Source: an uncultured delta proteobacterium
GTDB lineage: Bacteria; Myxococcota_A; Polyangia; Polyangiales; Polyangiaceae
NCBI GenBank assembly: GCA_963841435.1
Contig: CAWJCS010000002.1
Span: 544,001 to 608,000, forward strand
Reading direction: 5' to 3'
DNA length: 64,000 bases
In this document: piece after piece, positions 42,332 to 52,338 of the stretch
Layout: each line of letters begins with the position of its first letter
Position numbering within the stretch: position 1 is the stretch's first letter
Translations under genes and position numbers: made by a program
The notes under the pieces: generated by a model
Database searches by the model: none
Told to the model about the DNA's origin: nothing
The model's input: only the letters and a program-made list of their open reading frames with translations

Positions 42332-42359
42332 TCAACCCGCGCGCGTCCCGTCATTGTTC
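42329..42359 (+). promoter_or_regulatory. Candidate ECF promoter TGATCA-N17-CATTGTTC (copy 2)
   Basis: Lies just upstream of the AAGGAGG SD and ATG of the 42380 lipoprotein. Confidence 0.55.
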
Positions 42360-42379
42360 TCGCAAGGAGGCAACGATAC

Positions 42380-43273
42380 ATGCAACGTAAAACGGCGATG
42401 GTGGCGCTTTCACTCGGGTGGCTCGCGGGGTGCGGACCGCACAACGTCGATCTCGGCGGCGGTCAGCCGGGAACGGGGGGACGTGACGAGATGGGGATGG
42501 GCACGGGCGGCTCCGAAACGGCAGCGACGGGAGGAACTGGCGCCTACGCCACGACGGGCGGCACCGGAGGCGGCTATGCGACCGGCGGTACCGGAGCCCT
42601 GGGAGAGCCCGCAGGGATGGGCGCCGTGGGCGGCAGCGTCTCGACTGGCGGTGGCCCTGCGATGGGCGGGCAGGCCGGGAGCACGTACGAGCAGGTGTGT
42701 GGCGACGGCGTCGTCGAGCCGCCCGAGATCTGCGACGACGGCCTCGACACGAACGGCATGTGCCCGGCCGATTGCGGCGTCGGCGTCACGGGGACCGGCG
42801 GTGGTCCTGCGATGGGCGGCATGGGCGGCGTGGCCGGCACGACGGGCTCGCCGCTGTGCGGCGACGGCATCGTCGAAGAGCCCGAAATCTGCGACGACGG
42901 CAACACCGCCGACGGCGACTCCTGCGCCTCGGATTGTCTGAGCTACTGCCTGGATACCGCTTGCGTCGGAGGCACGGGCGGCAGTGGCGGTGGCCTGGGC
43001 GTCGGCGGTGGTCCGGCGATGGGCGGCATGGGTGGGAGCGGAGAGATCTGCATTGGCTCCGAGATTTCCCAGATCGGGGAGTGCCTGGAGTACGAGGTTC
43101 TCGTGCAGCGCTCCCTCGCCATCTGTGACATGCAGGGTGCGACGCTGAGGACGCTCTACTTCGCGTCGTGCCAAGAGAGCCCGTCGTACGCGTTCTGTTG
43201 CCGCGGTGACGGTGCCGGTACGGGTGGTGTTTCGGGCATGGGTGGCACCGGCACGGGCGGCACCGGCGGCTGA
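42380..43273 (+). CDS. Gly-rich lipoprotein with Myxococcus Cys-rich repeats (DUF4215-like)
   Basis: Lipobox LAGC; two CGDG.VE.PEICDDG repeats and three GGGPAMGG units. Confidence 0.8.
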   Translation: MQRKTAMVALSLGWLAGCGPHNVDLGGGQPGTGGRDEMGMGTGGSETAATGGTGAYATTGGTGGGYATGGTGALGEPAGMGAVGGSVSTGGGPAMGGQAGSTYEQVCGDGVVEPPEICDDGLDTNGMCPADCGVGVTGTGGGPAMGGMGGVAGTTGSPLCGDGIVEEPEICDDGNTADGDSCASDCLSYCLDTACVGGTGGSGGGLGVGGGPAMGGMGGSGEICIGSEISQIGECLEYEVLVQRSLAICDMQGATLRTLYFASCQESPSYAFCCRGDGAGTGGVSGMGGTGTGGTGG

Positions 43274-43296
43274 AGCCGGCGTCCCCGAGGCAAGCT

Positions 43297-44235
43297 TTAC
43301 GGCTCGGGTGTGTCGCGCTCGCGCTCGAAGCAAGCCTCGGGGACGCCGCGCCGTTTGCGGACGAGCGCGGTGCGCGCGACGAAGCCGGCCGTCACGGGGT
43401 CGTGGTAGCCGCTCGGGCGCGGGGCATCTTCTGGGGCCGGGTAGTGGCTCGCGATGCGCCGCATGAAGAGCTCGCGCACGTATTTACCCACGAGCGACGC
43501 GAGCATCACGAGCGCGTCGGTGCCGTCGGCGTCGCGTAGGAACACGAGCTCGCCGAGGCCCGGAAAGCGATAGGCGCTCCGCTTCCTGCCTTCGTCGACG
43601 ATCGCGTGCAGGTGGCCGCCGAGCGGTCCGAAGAAGCGCGAGTATTCGCCCATGCTCCCGACCTTGCCGCACACGGCGTGCACGTCGCAGCCGACCTCGC
43701 GCCGGAGGGCGATGACGAGCGACTCCATGGCGTGCAGATCCATCACGAAGCGGTTCTTGCCGGCGCGCCGCCCGACGTTGAGGCGCTCCGTGCACACGAC
43801 GCTCGTTCGCACGCCGACGAGCTCGATGCCGCGCTTGGCGAGGAGCGTGCGGTGTCGCGCCACGCGCCGCTGTTCGGCGGGCGTGGCCTCGAATGCTTCC
43901 TTGCTGCCGCTCCAGCATTGCGGCGCGGCGCTCTTCGGGCACGGCTCGCGAAGCTTCGCCGAGCCCTCGAGCGAAATCCGCTCGAAGAGCTGGGCCGGGC
44001 CGCCGGTGTCCGGCGCCGCGAGCTCACGGGCCCATGCCTCCCCGAGGCCTACGTCGGTGTGGCTCATGAGGCGCTTCGAATCGTCGACGGCCGAGCGCAG
44101 CCGTTTCGGCACGCGCCGCTCGAGGGCGCGCGCGCCTGCCGCGTCGACGCGAGCGAGCACTGCCGTCACGACCAGCGGGCCCAGGCGGGAGCCGAGCCCG
44201 TTTTCGTCAACTCCGATGCGGTAACGCGCGTCCAC
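43297..44235 (-). CDS. Divergent ribonuclease HII-like protein
   Basis: IGVDENGLGSRLGPLVV, DDSKRL, DAD...LASLVGKYVRE and SGYHDPVT. Confidence 0.7.
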   Translation of the reverse strand: MDARYRIGVDENGLGSRLGPLVVTAVLARVDAAGARALERRVPKRLRSAVDDSKRLMSHTDVGLGEAWARELAAPDTGGPAQLFERISLEGSAKLREPCPKSAAPQCWSGSKEAFEATPAEQRRVARHRTLLAKRGIELVGVRTSVVCTERLNVGRRAGKNRFVMDLHAMESLVIALRREVGCDVHAVCGKVGSMGEYSRFFGPLGGHLHAIVDEGRKRSAYRFPGLGELVFLRDADGTDALVMLASLVGKYVRELFMRRIASHYPAPEDAPRPSGYHDPVTAGFVARTALVRKRRGVPEACFERERDTPEP

Positions 44236-44327
44236 GGCCCGGCGGCGATGCTACACCCGCCCGCCGCGCGAGGCCCGAGCGGGCCCGGCGATTTTCGCCA
44301 GGCCCGAGTTGGTGTAAAGGGCATCCC

Positions 44328-44819
44328 ATGACGGAGGAAAAGACTCGCCTGGGTCGCGACGTGTACCTCGCTCTCGCTGCCGTGGGGTGGGCCGACGGCA
44401 AGCTCGACCAGGACGAGGCGGACGCCATCGTGCGCACCGCGCTCGACGAAGGGCTCGAGCTCGAGGAGATCGCCGAGATCGAGGACGCCACGAAGACGCC
44501 CGTCGATCTCAGCTTGATCGAGAAGCGCAACCTCTCGAAAGAGGATCGCCTCTACGTCTACGGCGTCGCGCGCTGGATCACGCGCATCGACGGCACCGTC
44601 AGCGAGTCGGAAGAGGCGGCGCTGAAGAAGCTCGGCGACGCACTGAAGATCCCGGAGCGCCCGCGCGAGATCGTCGAGCGGATCGTCGAGGACGTCGCGG
44701 CGATGTCGGGTGACGACCGGCCCGCTCGCTACGATCTCACGGGGCTTCGTCGCATCGTCGGCGAGCGGCTCAAGGCCGCCCAGGCCAAGCGCGCTCAGAG
44801 CGAAGGCTCAGGCGAGTAG
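44328..44819 (+). CDS. TerB-like/DUF533 family protein
   Basis: Two TerB-type motifs, WADGKLDQDE and IDGTVSESE. Confidence 0.65.
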   Translation: MTEEKTRLGRDVYLALAAVGWADGKLDQDEADAIVRTALDEGLELEEIAEIEDATKTPVDLSLIEKRNLSKEDRLYVYGVARWITRIDGTVSESEEAALKKLGDALKIPERPREIVERIVEDVAAMSGDDRPARYDLTGLRRIVGERLKAAQAKRAQSEGSGE

Positions 44820-45389
44820 CTCGATCTTCGCGACGGGGAACCCGTCGGGCCGGCGCACGGCGTACGAAAGCGCGAGGATCTCCACGAGAACCACGCGATA
44901 AACGCTGTGCACGTCGTCAACGTCGATCTGCTCGGCGTGCGCGTCGAGCGTGGCGTCGATGTGCTCGTGGATGAAGCCGAGCACGTGCGGCTGCTCCATC
45001 GCGATGACGTCGTCGGTGTCGAGCGACTCGGCCGGATCGGAGCGCCTGAGCTCCTCGTCGAGGCTCACGAGCTCGCCGGTGGCACGAATTTGCTCGTCGG
45101 TGACGGCGTCGACGTGCTGGCCGTGCGCTCGCTCGAAAGCCAGCCAAACGGTGAGGGCGAGAAAGTAGCCGAGCGCGAGCGCCGTCTCGTCGAGCGGCTC
45201 ACCCAGCACCTCGGCGAGGTGCGCGGCGAGCGACGGCTGCGAGCGCTCGAAGCGCTCGAACGCCTCGTCGAGCTGGGCTCTTGCTTCCTCGTCGTCGTCG
45301 GCCAGACTTTCGCGCACGCTTTGAAGCGCGTGAGCAGGTACGGTGGCGTACGCTGGAACGGGACGAATGGCCGAGCGTCGGACCCACAC
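44808..45389 (-). CDS. Hypothetical acidic helical protein
   Basis: 193-aa ORF with genome-typical codon usage; no family recognised. Confidence 0.6.
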   Translation of the reverse strand: MWVRRSAIRPVPAYATVPAHALQSVRESLADDDEEARAQLDEAFERFERSQPSLAAHLAEVLGEPLDETALALGYFLALTVWLAFERAHGQHVDAVTDEQIRATGELVSLDEELRRSDPAESLDTDDVIAMEQPHVLGFIHEHIDATLDAHAEQIDVDDVHSVYRVVLVEILALSYAVRRPDGFPVAKIELLA

Positions 45390-45519
45390 GATGTTCTCAA
45401 GCTAGCACGCCCCCACCACCCCATCGTCAAGCGCAAGATGCACCCGAAAGCGCACGTCATCGCACCTCCTTTGCACTCTGCTCGCGTACGGCACGGACAA
45501 TCGAGCACAATGGCTGGAA

Positions 45520-47415
45520 ATGGCTCAGGAAACGGAAAGCGCCGACGAGCGCGTTGAGCTCGTCGAGAGCCCGCCCGTCGGCCGCTCCGTGTCGAGCGGG
45601 CGTCGACGCCGAGCGCTTGCGATTGCGCTGCCGGTGGTCGCCCTTTTCGCGCTCTTCCTTCCGGCCGTGCTCGACGCGCGGTTGACGGCGGCGGGCCGGA
45701 CCCGCGGGGGCGTGTTGCTCTTCGGCAAGAGCGCGCGTGGCATGACCAGGCCGGAGCTCGAGCGCCAGATCGGCGAGCGCGGCCACGAGCTCGAGCGCGA
45801 GCGTTTCGGCGTGACCGTCGCTCGCAAGCGCTTCGAGGTCGACCCCGGGGCGGTCGGCGTGCGCGTGGACGCAAAGGCGAGCGTCAGGCGCGTGCTCGAG
45901 ATCGGCCGCGCCGAGGGGTTCTTTGGATCGCTCGCGGGCTACTGGAAGCGGCGCTTTTCGCCCGTGAGCCCGGCGCTCGCCGTCTCGCTCGACCGCGAGA
46001 AGGTCGAGCGGGCCCTCGCGGGCTTCGAAGCGGCGGCGCTCACGGATCGGCCGTTTTCGGGCGGTATCGCGCTCAGCGGCGGCGCCGTGCGTGCGCTTTC
46101 GCCGCACGGCGGTCGCATGCTCGATCGCAAAGGCTCGGAGGCCGCGATCGCGGCAGCGCTCGCGAGCGGAGCGCCACGCGACGTGGTCCTTCCCGTCGTG
46201 AGCGTCGGTCCGCCGCTACCCGTCGCAGCGGCCGAGGAGCCGGCGCGCCTCGCCCGGGCGCTCCTCGCGGGGCCCATCACGCTTCGCGCCGTCGATCCCC
46301 CCGCCACCGTGACGCTCGCGAGCGGCGAGCTCGGCCCGCTGCTTGCTGCGGAACCACGCGACGCGGGGCTCCGCCTCGTGATCGACCCGGCCGGCCTCGC
46401 GCGTGCCCTCGAGCGCTACAAGGGTAACATCGAGCGCGACGCGACGAACGCGAAGTTCGTGATCGATGCCAAGGGTGTGATTGGCATCGAGCCCAGTCAA
46501 AACGGCATACGCTTCGATCTCGCGCGCCTTCCCGCCGCGCTCGAGGCCGCCGCGGCGCGACCCGATCGGTCGTCGGAGCTGCCGCTGCTCGCCGAGCCGA
46601 CGCCCAAGCTCACCACGCAAGCCGCGCAGGGCCTCGGCATTCGCGGGCTCGTGAGCTCCTTCACGACACGTCACCCCTGCTGCGAGCGGCGCGTCGAGAA
46701 CATTCACCGCATCGCCGACCTGCTCGACGGCACCGTCGTCCTGCCGGGTCAGACGGTCTCCGTCAACGAGCTCGTCGGCCCGCGGACGGAGAAAAACGGC
46801 TTCGTCCCGGCGCCGACCATCGAGGAGGGCGAGATGGTCGACAGCGTGGGCGGTGGCATCAGCCAGTTTGCCACCACGTTCTTCAACGCCCTTTTTCACG
46901 GCGGCTACGACATCGTCGAGCGCCAGCCGCACAGCTACTGGTTTCCCCGCTACCCGATGGGGCACGAAGCGACCTTGTCGTGGCCCAAGCCCGACATCAT
47001 CTTCAAGAACGACACCGAGGCCGGGATGCTCATCAAGACGGCCTACACGCAAAAGAGCATCACCGTTACGATCTACGGGGACAACGGCGGCCGGAAGGTC
47101 ACCTCCTCGGTGTCCGGACGAAAGGAGGTCGTGCCGGCGCCGCTCGAGATCCTGCCGAACCCCAAGGTTTCGCCCGACAAGGAGCGCGTCAAAGAGCCGG
47201 GCAGCGTGGGCTGGTCGGTGATTGCCTCGCGCCTCGTGACGTTCTCCGATGGCACCACCAAGGAGGAGCGCCGCAAGGTCACTTACAAGGCGCGCCCGCG
47301 GCGCATCGAGGTGCACCCTTGCCGCATTCCGGAGGGCGAGAAGGGCTACACCGGCGAGATCTGCCCGGAGCCGGAGGGCGTGACGGAGCTGCCCGACGCG
47401 GGCTCGCCTGGGTAG
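45520..47415 (+). CDS. VanW family protein with a peptidoglycan-binding region
   Basis: N-terminal TM; RVENI, VGPRTEKNGF, VGGGISQFATTFFNA, ERQPHSY, YPMGHEAT and FKNDT. Confidence 0.88.
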   Translation: MAQETESADERVELVESPPVGRSVSSGRRRRALAIALPVVALFALFLPAVLDARLTAAGRTRGGVLLFGKSARGMTRPELERQIGERGHELERERFGVTVARKRFEVDPGAVGVRVDAKASVRRVLEIGRAEGFFGSLAGYWKRRFSPVSPALAVSLDREKVERALAGFEAAALTDRPFSGGIALSGGAVRALSPHGGRMLDRKGSEAAIAAALASGAPRDVVLPVVSVGPPLPVAAAEEPARLARALLAGPITLRAVDPPATVTLASGELGPLLAAEPRDAGLRLVIDPAGLARALERYKGNIERDATNAKFVIDAKGVIGIEPSQNGIRFDLARLPAALEAAAARPDRSSELPLLAEPTPKLTTQAAQGLGIRGLVSSFTTRHPCCERRVENIHRIADLLDGTVVLPGQTVSVNELVGPRTEKNGFVPAPTIEEGEMVDSVGGGISQFATTFFNALFHGGYDIVERQPHSYWFPRYPMGHEATLSWPKPDIIFKNDTEAGMLIKTAYTQKSITVTIYGDNGGRKVTSSVSGRKEVVPAPLEILPNPKVSPDKERVKEPGSVGWSVIASRLVTFSDGTTKEERRKVTYKARPRRIEVHPCRIPEGEKGYTGEICPEPEGVTELPDAGSPG

Positions 47416-47433
47416 CCGAGCGAAGCCGCCGTT

Positions 47434-48651
47434 TCAGCCGGGCGGCGTGTCGTTCACGCGTGCGCGGAACGCGGTGCCGTGACCCGTGAGCACGAGCGGT
47501 CCGCCCTCGGCCGCGACGAAGACCGCGCTGCCCGCTGCGAGCGCCGCGCGTTCGCCGCCGCGCTGGGCCTCGGCCGTTCCTTGCGTGACCAGGAGGATCT
47601 CGGGTCCCAGGATGGGGCCCACGGTGACGCTGCTTCCGTCGAGGTCGATGCGCGATAGCGCGAACTCGCGCGCGGGTGTGATGTAACGGAGCTCGCCATC
47701 GTGGTGCGTGCTCGGGACGAGCGTCGCCGGCGCCGCCTGGAAATCCAGCACCTCGAGCAGCTCGGGGACGTCAACGTGCTTCTTCGTGAGGCCACCGCGG
47801 AGCACGTTGTCCGAGCTTGCCATGATCTCGACGCCGGTCCCTTCCAGATACGCGTGGAGGTTGCCCGCGGGGAGGTAGAGCGCCTGGCCCGGCTCGAGCG
47901 CCACGAGGTTCAGCGCGAGCGCGACGACGATGCCGGGGTCACCCGGGTAGAGCGCACCGATGCGCGCGCCCCACGCGAGCTCGCGCGAAAACTCCGAGAC
48001 CGAGGACTGCCGTTCGTTGCAGGCGAACCGGGTGGCCTCGGCGAGCTCGCGGCGGTACGCGGGCGATGCCGTGACGGCGAGCGCGAAGAAGGTGTAAAGA
48101 GCGCGTTTCGGCGGCGAGAGGGCGAGAGCCTCGAGCAGCGGCGCAAGGGCCCGGACTTCGAGCGCTTCGAGCAACCGGCGCGTGTCGTCGATGGGTCGGA
48201 ATCCCACCAGCGCGTGGAAGGGTGTGAGCGCGCAGATGAGCTCGGGCTTGTGGCTGTCGTCTTTGTAGCTCCGCTCCGGCGCGTCCATGGGGGTGCCGCG
48301 GGCCTTTTCGCGCGCGAAGCCGAGCCGAGCCCGCTCGAGGCTCGGGTGCGCTTGCAGCGACAGCGGCTCGGCCGCCGCGAGGATCTTGAGCAAGAACGGC
48401 AGTCGCGGACCGAACGTGTTCGTCACGTCCTTGCCGAGCATCGCGAGCGGCGCTTCGGCGATCAGTTCGCCGAGCGGGCGTGGGCCGCTCGGCGTGTCAG
48501 CGAGTGAGGGCCCGCCCGGGTGCGTGCCCATCCAGAGCTCGGCTTCGGGGCCGCCGGGTGGCGCGACGCCGCGGATTAGGGCAAGCGAGGTGTGCGAGCC
48601 CCACGCATAGGGCTTGATGGGGCTGTGGAGCGGGAAGAGCGACGCCGTCAC
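47434..48651 (-). CDS. manA: Mannose-6-phosphate isomerase, class I
   Basis: YAWGS, AELWMGTHP, LPFLLKIL, LSLQAHP, HKPEL, HAYLEG and EIMASSDNVLRGGLT. Confidence 0.95.
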   Translation of the reverse strand: MTASLFPLHSPIKPYAWGSHTSLALIRGVAPPGGPEAELWMGTHPGGPSLADTPSGPRPLGELIAEAPLAMLGKDVTNTFGPRLPFLLKILAAAEPLSLQAHPSLERARLGFAREKARGTPMDAPERSYKDDSHKPELICALTPFHALVGFRPIDDTRRLLEALEVRALAPLLEALALSPPKRALYTFFALAVTASPAYRRELAEATRFACNERQSSVSEFSRELAWGARIGALYPGDPGIVVALALNLVALEPGQALYLPAGNLHAYLEGTGVEIMASSDNVLRGGLTKKHVDVPELLEVLDFQAAPATLVPSTHHDGELRYITPAREFALSRIDLDGSSVTVGPILGPEILLVTQGTAEAQRGGERAALAAGSAVFVAAEGGPLVLTGHGTAFRARVNDTPPG

Positions 48652-49607
48652 CCGGCTGCTCCTGGCTCGTGAGGGGCGTCTTTGGTGCGCGGGAAGACGA
48701 GCACGTAGGACGCCGCGCCGGTGCAATAGAGCATGGCGGCGTCTCCGTCCCGAGTGGCGTCGTAGCTCGAAAACCAGGGCAGGCTGAGCCAAGGCTCGGC
48801 GGGCTCGATGAACTCCGGCACGATGAGATCGACCTCCACGTAGCGCCCGCCCACGAGAGCCTGCAAGCGCGGCCCGAAGCTCCACGTCTCCCGCCCGGGT
48901 CGAGGGCTCAAATCGTTGTGCAGAAGGCCGCCGTAGGTCGCCACGCCGAGCGCGGGGTCGCCGTGCGCGAGGAACGCCTCGGTCTCGCGCGCCGTGAGAT
49001 CGGCGATGAGCGACAGCATGGCCGCGATGTCACCCTCGCCGGCTCGCACGACCTGACCGAGCTCGTCGCAGGTCGGCACGAGCGCTTCGGGGCGAATGCC
49101 GAGTTTTTTTGCAGCGAAGCCGAGCGTCACGAACTCGTTCTGGTTCGTCGCCGCCTGCGGCGCGGTCGCCTCCTCGGTGTGCTCGCGTGCGGCGCGATCT
49201 TCGCCCTTTTTGCAGGCCTTGTCGGGCACGACGAGCTCGAGCACGAGGTCTTTCACTTTCCCGCGCAAGCTCGGCAAAAGCTCCTCCCCGAAGCGCCGCG
49301 TTGCCGACGGGACGTTCGCTTTCGCCTTCTGCGCGTGGGCCTCGCCGACCGCGATGACGCGCGGATTGTCACGCAGGGTCGCCTCGAACGCATCGCGCAA
49401 CGTCGTGAAGCGACGCGCACCGGACGCGCCGCACGGCGTCGGCACCGCGTTCGACGCTGCCGGCGCCATGGCCGGTGCGTTCGGCGCGAAAGGGGCCGCT
49501 TCGTTCGCCGGCGGGGGTGCGCTCGGGGTCGTCGGGGGCGACACGGGTGCGCGGCCGCCGCAGGCCGTGGTGAGCGCCAGGATGCCGAGGGCTGCGCGCG
49601 GACGCAC
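48648..49607 (-). CDS. Hypothetical lipoprotein
   Basis: Lipobox TTAC; AVGEAH and YGGLLHND motifs; coupled to manA. Confidence 0.6.
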   Translation of the reverse strand: MRPRAALGILALTTACGGRAPVSPPTTPSAPPPANEAAPFAPNAPAMAPAASNAVPTPCGASGARRFTTLRDAFEATLRDNPRVIAVGEAHAQKAKANVPSATRRFGEELLPSLRGKVKDLVLELVVPDKACKKGEDRAAREHTEEATAPQAATNQNEFVTLGFAAKKLGIRPEALVPTCDELGQVVRAGEGDIAAMLSLIADLTARETEAFLAHGDPALGVATYGGLLHNDLSPRPGRETWSFGPRLQALVGGRYVEVDLIVPEFIEPAEPWLSLPWFSSYDATRDGDAAMLYCTGAASYVLVFPRTKDAPHEPGAAG

Positions 49608-49618
49608 GGCTCAGCGTA

Positions 49619-50437
49619 TCACGGAGTCGCGAGCTCGCGTACCTGTCCTTGGACGACCCAGGCGTCCAAGCTTCCCCATTCGACGCGCGCGAGGCCGCCC
49701 CGGTGCTCGATCACGTAAACCTCGGCGCCCTCGGGAGCAGCGTTGCCGTCACCGTCCTTGCTGGTGGGCAAGGGGCGCCCGGTTTCGTCGAGCAGCCGAG
49801 CCTCCGATGCCACGACGACGGCGGCCTTGGACGTGCGCCTGAAATCGCGCGCACCGGCAGTGAGCGCTCCCCCCGAGAACAGCAAAAGCGAGCCCACGCC
49901 GAGCGCGAGCGAGCCGGGCACGACGGTCGTGGGCCGGCGCACGATGAGACGCAGGGCGATGCCGATGGAGGCGACCAGCGAGCCGAGCAGCGCGATGCTC
50001 GCCCAGACGCGCTCGGGAGCGAGCCCGACGAGCGCGCGCGCGAGCCGCGGCCTTGCGAAAAGTGGCGCGCCGCCCACGCGTGCCTGCCGCCGACCGAGCT
50101 CGGAGCGTACGGCTTCGAGAGTGCTCGCTGCCTCGCGGTCGCCCGGGCGAAGCTTCAGCGTTTCCGCCAGGGCGGCCGCGGCACGACCGAGGTCGCCCGG
50201 CTGCTTCTGACTCGAGCGAGCGCGACCGAGGTACGCGACGGCGCGATCGAAGCTCGCGTCGGGGTGCACGAACCCTCGATCGGCGAGCAGCTCGAATCGA
50301 TCGACGGCGTTCGAGTACGCGCCTCGTTCCAACGCCTGCACGGCTTCCCCGAAGTCGGCTTCGTTGCCGTTCGCGAAGGCAAGGCCTGCGGCGCCCAGCA
50401 CCACCACGGCCGAAAGGACGGCCCGCAAAAAGCTCAT
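49619..50437 (-). CDS. BatE-like TPR/TM/SH3 protein
   Basis: TPR-like N-terminus, two TMs and SH3-like PEGAEVYVIE...WV; last gene of the Bat operon. Confidence 0.65.
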   Translation of the reverse strand: MSFLRAVLSAVVVLGAAGLAFANGNEADFGEAVQALERGAYSNAVDRFELLADRGFVHPDASFDRAVAYLGRARSSQKQPGDLGRAAAALAETLKLRPGDREAASTLEAVRSELGRRQARVGGAPLFARPRLARALVGLAPERVWASIALLGSLVASIGIALRLIVRRPTTVVPGSLALGVGSLLLFSGGALTAGARDFRRTSKAAVVVASEARLLDETGRPLPTSKDGDGNAAPEGAEVYVIEHRGGLARVEWGSLDAWVVQGQVRELATP

Positions 50438-52338
50438 GCCGCGCGGCTCCGTCGCGGTCGGCGCTGGCGAAGGATCTCGGCCACCAAGGCGCGACCCTCG
50501 CGGGCGAGCTCCCGGGGCGGCTTCTTGGGCGATTTGCCGGTGAAGCGCGCCGCCTCACACGCATCGAGCAGCGACAGGAGGCGCGTCGAAGTGGCTTCGG
50601 AAAAGCCTGCCTCCGCGAGCGCCGCTCTGAGCTCTTGTCTGAGGAGCGCCCTGGCGCGAAGGTCCGCCGCTGCTTCGAGCGCGGAGAACAGCGCGCGCTC
50701 GACGGCTGCGGCCGTCGTCGCGACCGCTTCGCGGCGTGCGGCGTCGTCGGCGGCCCGCAACGCGTCGTGTGCGAGCCGCTCGGGTCCGCCACGCTGGGCC
50801 GCGAGCCGCCGGCGCAGGCGGCCCCCGAGATCGAGGCCGAGACCGGCGAGCGCCACGAGCGCGGGCGCGCCGAACAAGAGCACGAAGAAGCGGGGATCGT
50901 CCGTGAAAGTCGCCCTTGCCGGCGTGTACGCTCCCAGCTTCGTGCGCGGGGCGAGCGCGAGCGCCTTGTCGCGCGCATCGTCGCGCGTGCGCTTTGGCTC
51001 GAGCTTGCCGGCGTTGGGGTTCTCGGCAACGTCCACGTTGCCGAGCGCGGCGCTCAGCGTCACGTAGGCACGCTTTCTCGTGTTGAAGTAGGGCAGCGTG
51101 AGCTCGCCGAGGTCGATCTTACCCGGCTCGTGCAGCTTCACGACGTACGAGAACGTCCGGTAGCCTTTGACGACGCTGCCCTCGGGCTCGACCTTGTCGG
51201 TGAGCGTCGGATCGAGCCACTCGACGCCTCGCCGCTCCGGCGTGACGAGCGAGAGCGGGATGTTCCCCGTGCCTTGGAGCTTCGCGATCACGGAGACGGC
51301 GTCGCCCGCGGTCACGCGCCGCGGGTCCACCGTCGCCTCGAGTGACAGCTCTCCGGCGTCGCCGAGCTTGTAGCCGGGCGGGCGACCTGCGAGGGGGGGC
51401 TCGCTCACGTCGAGGTCGATGGGGACGCTCGAGCGGACGATCGGCGCGCGCCCTCGGTAGTGGGGCCCGTCGAACGTCATCGTGAGCGCCCCGATCGTGA
51501 GCTTGCCCGCGTGTAGTGGAAACAGCGCGAGCTCGCGCAGCTTGACGGCGAAGTAGGTGGTGTCGCCGATGGGAACGCGCACGAAATCCTCGCCGTACGA
51601 CGACTCGACGACGCTGTAGCCGAGAAAATCCGCGCGGCTCGGCTCGGTGGGGTTCGCTTCCCGGAACGGTCCGCGGCTCCCGTACGCGTAGATGCGCAGC
51701 GTGACCTGCTCGCCGACCACGGGTCGTTTCGGCGTGACCACCGCACGCACGAACGCGATCGGATCGGGTGCGCGCTCCACGCGTAGCTCCTCGGGCACGG
51801 GCGGCGGCTCCTCGGGCTCGAGGCTCCGATCGTCGGGGCCGAGCAGGCCGGGCGGGAAGGGCGAGCCGCCGCCGAACGGATCGAGCCACCCGAACGGATC
51901 CAGGCCGGGGCGTCCGCCCGGGCGGCGCGGCAGCGTGCCCGGCGGGACGATTTCCACGGTGACGGGGTCACCGACGACGCGCGAGCCACCGAGGCGGACG
52001 CTCGGCGGTCCGAGCCGGAACGTGCCGGCGCGCGTCGGGGTGATGATCCAGGTGGCGGAGATGCCCGTGCGTTGCATGACCACCCCGCCGTTCATGCTCA
52101 CCTCGGTGCGCGATCCGATGCTCGGCCCTTGCACCTCGAAGCCCGGTGGCACGGGCAGCCTGGGATCGTCGGGGTTCACCTGACCCGAGCCGAGCGCGTT
52201 CACCTCGAGCTGGAAGCTCTGTCCGACCTCGAAGCGCCGCCCGCTCGCCTGCGTCTGCAGGCGCACCTGGCTGAATGCCGTGGACGGCAGGAAGCAGAAG
52301 AGCGCGACGAGGAGGCCGCAGAGGGCGCGCGCGCTCAC
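50434..52338 (-). CDS. BatD family protein
   Basis: Signal peptide, Ig-like repeats (PTRAGTFRLGP, VVGEQVTL, GTGNI, LPYFN) and a C-terminal TM. Confidence 0.8.
   Translation of the reverse strand: MSARALCGLLVALFCFLPSTAFSQVRLQTQASGRRFEVGQSFQLEVNALGSGQVNPDDPRLPVPPGFEVQGPSIGSRTEVSMNGGVVMQRTGISATWIITPTRAGTFRLGPPSVRLGGSRVVGDPVTVEIVPPGTLPRRPGGRPGLDPFGWLDPFGGGSPFPPGLLGPDDRSLEPEEPPPVPEELRVERAPDPIAFVRAVVTPKRPVVGEQVTLRIYAYGSRGPFREANPTEPSRADFLGYSVVESSYGEDFVRVPIGDTTYFAVKLRELALFPLHAGKLTIGALTMTFDGPHYRGRAPIVRSSVPIDLDVSEPPLAGRPPGYKLGDAGELSLEATVDPRRVTAGDAVSVIAKLQGTGNIPLSLVTPERRGVEWLDPTLTDKVEPEGSVVKGYRTFSYVVKLHEPGKIDLGELTLPYFNTRKRAYVTLSAALGNVDVAENPNAGKLEPKRTRDDARDKALALAPRTKLGAYTPARATFTDDPRFFVLLFGAPALVALAGLGLDLGGRLRRRLAAQRGGPERLAHDALRAADDAARREAVATTAAAVERALFSALEAAADLRARALLRQELRAALAEAGFSEATSTRLLSLLDACEAARFTGKSPKKPPRELAREGRALVAEILRQRRPRRSRAA

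Noticed and set aside
45520-47415. Vancomycin resistance locus
   Set aside because: VanW domains are widespread, and no vanHAX/vanRS genes are nearby.
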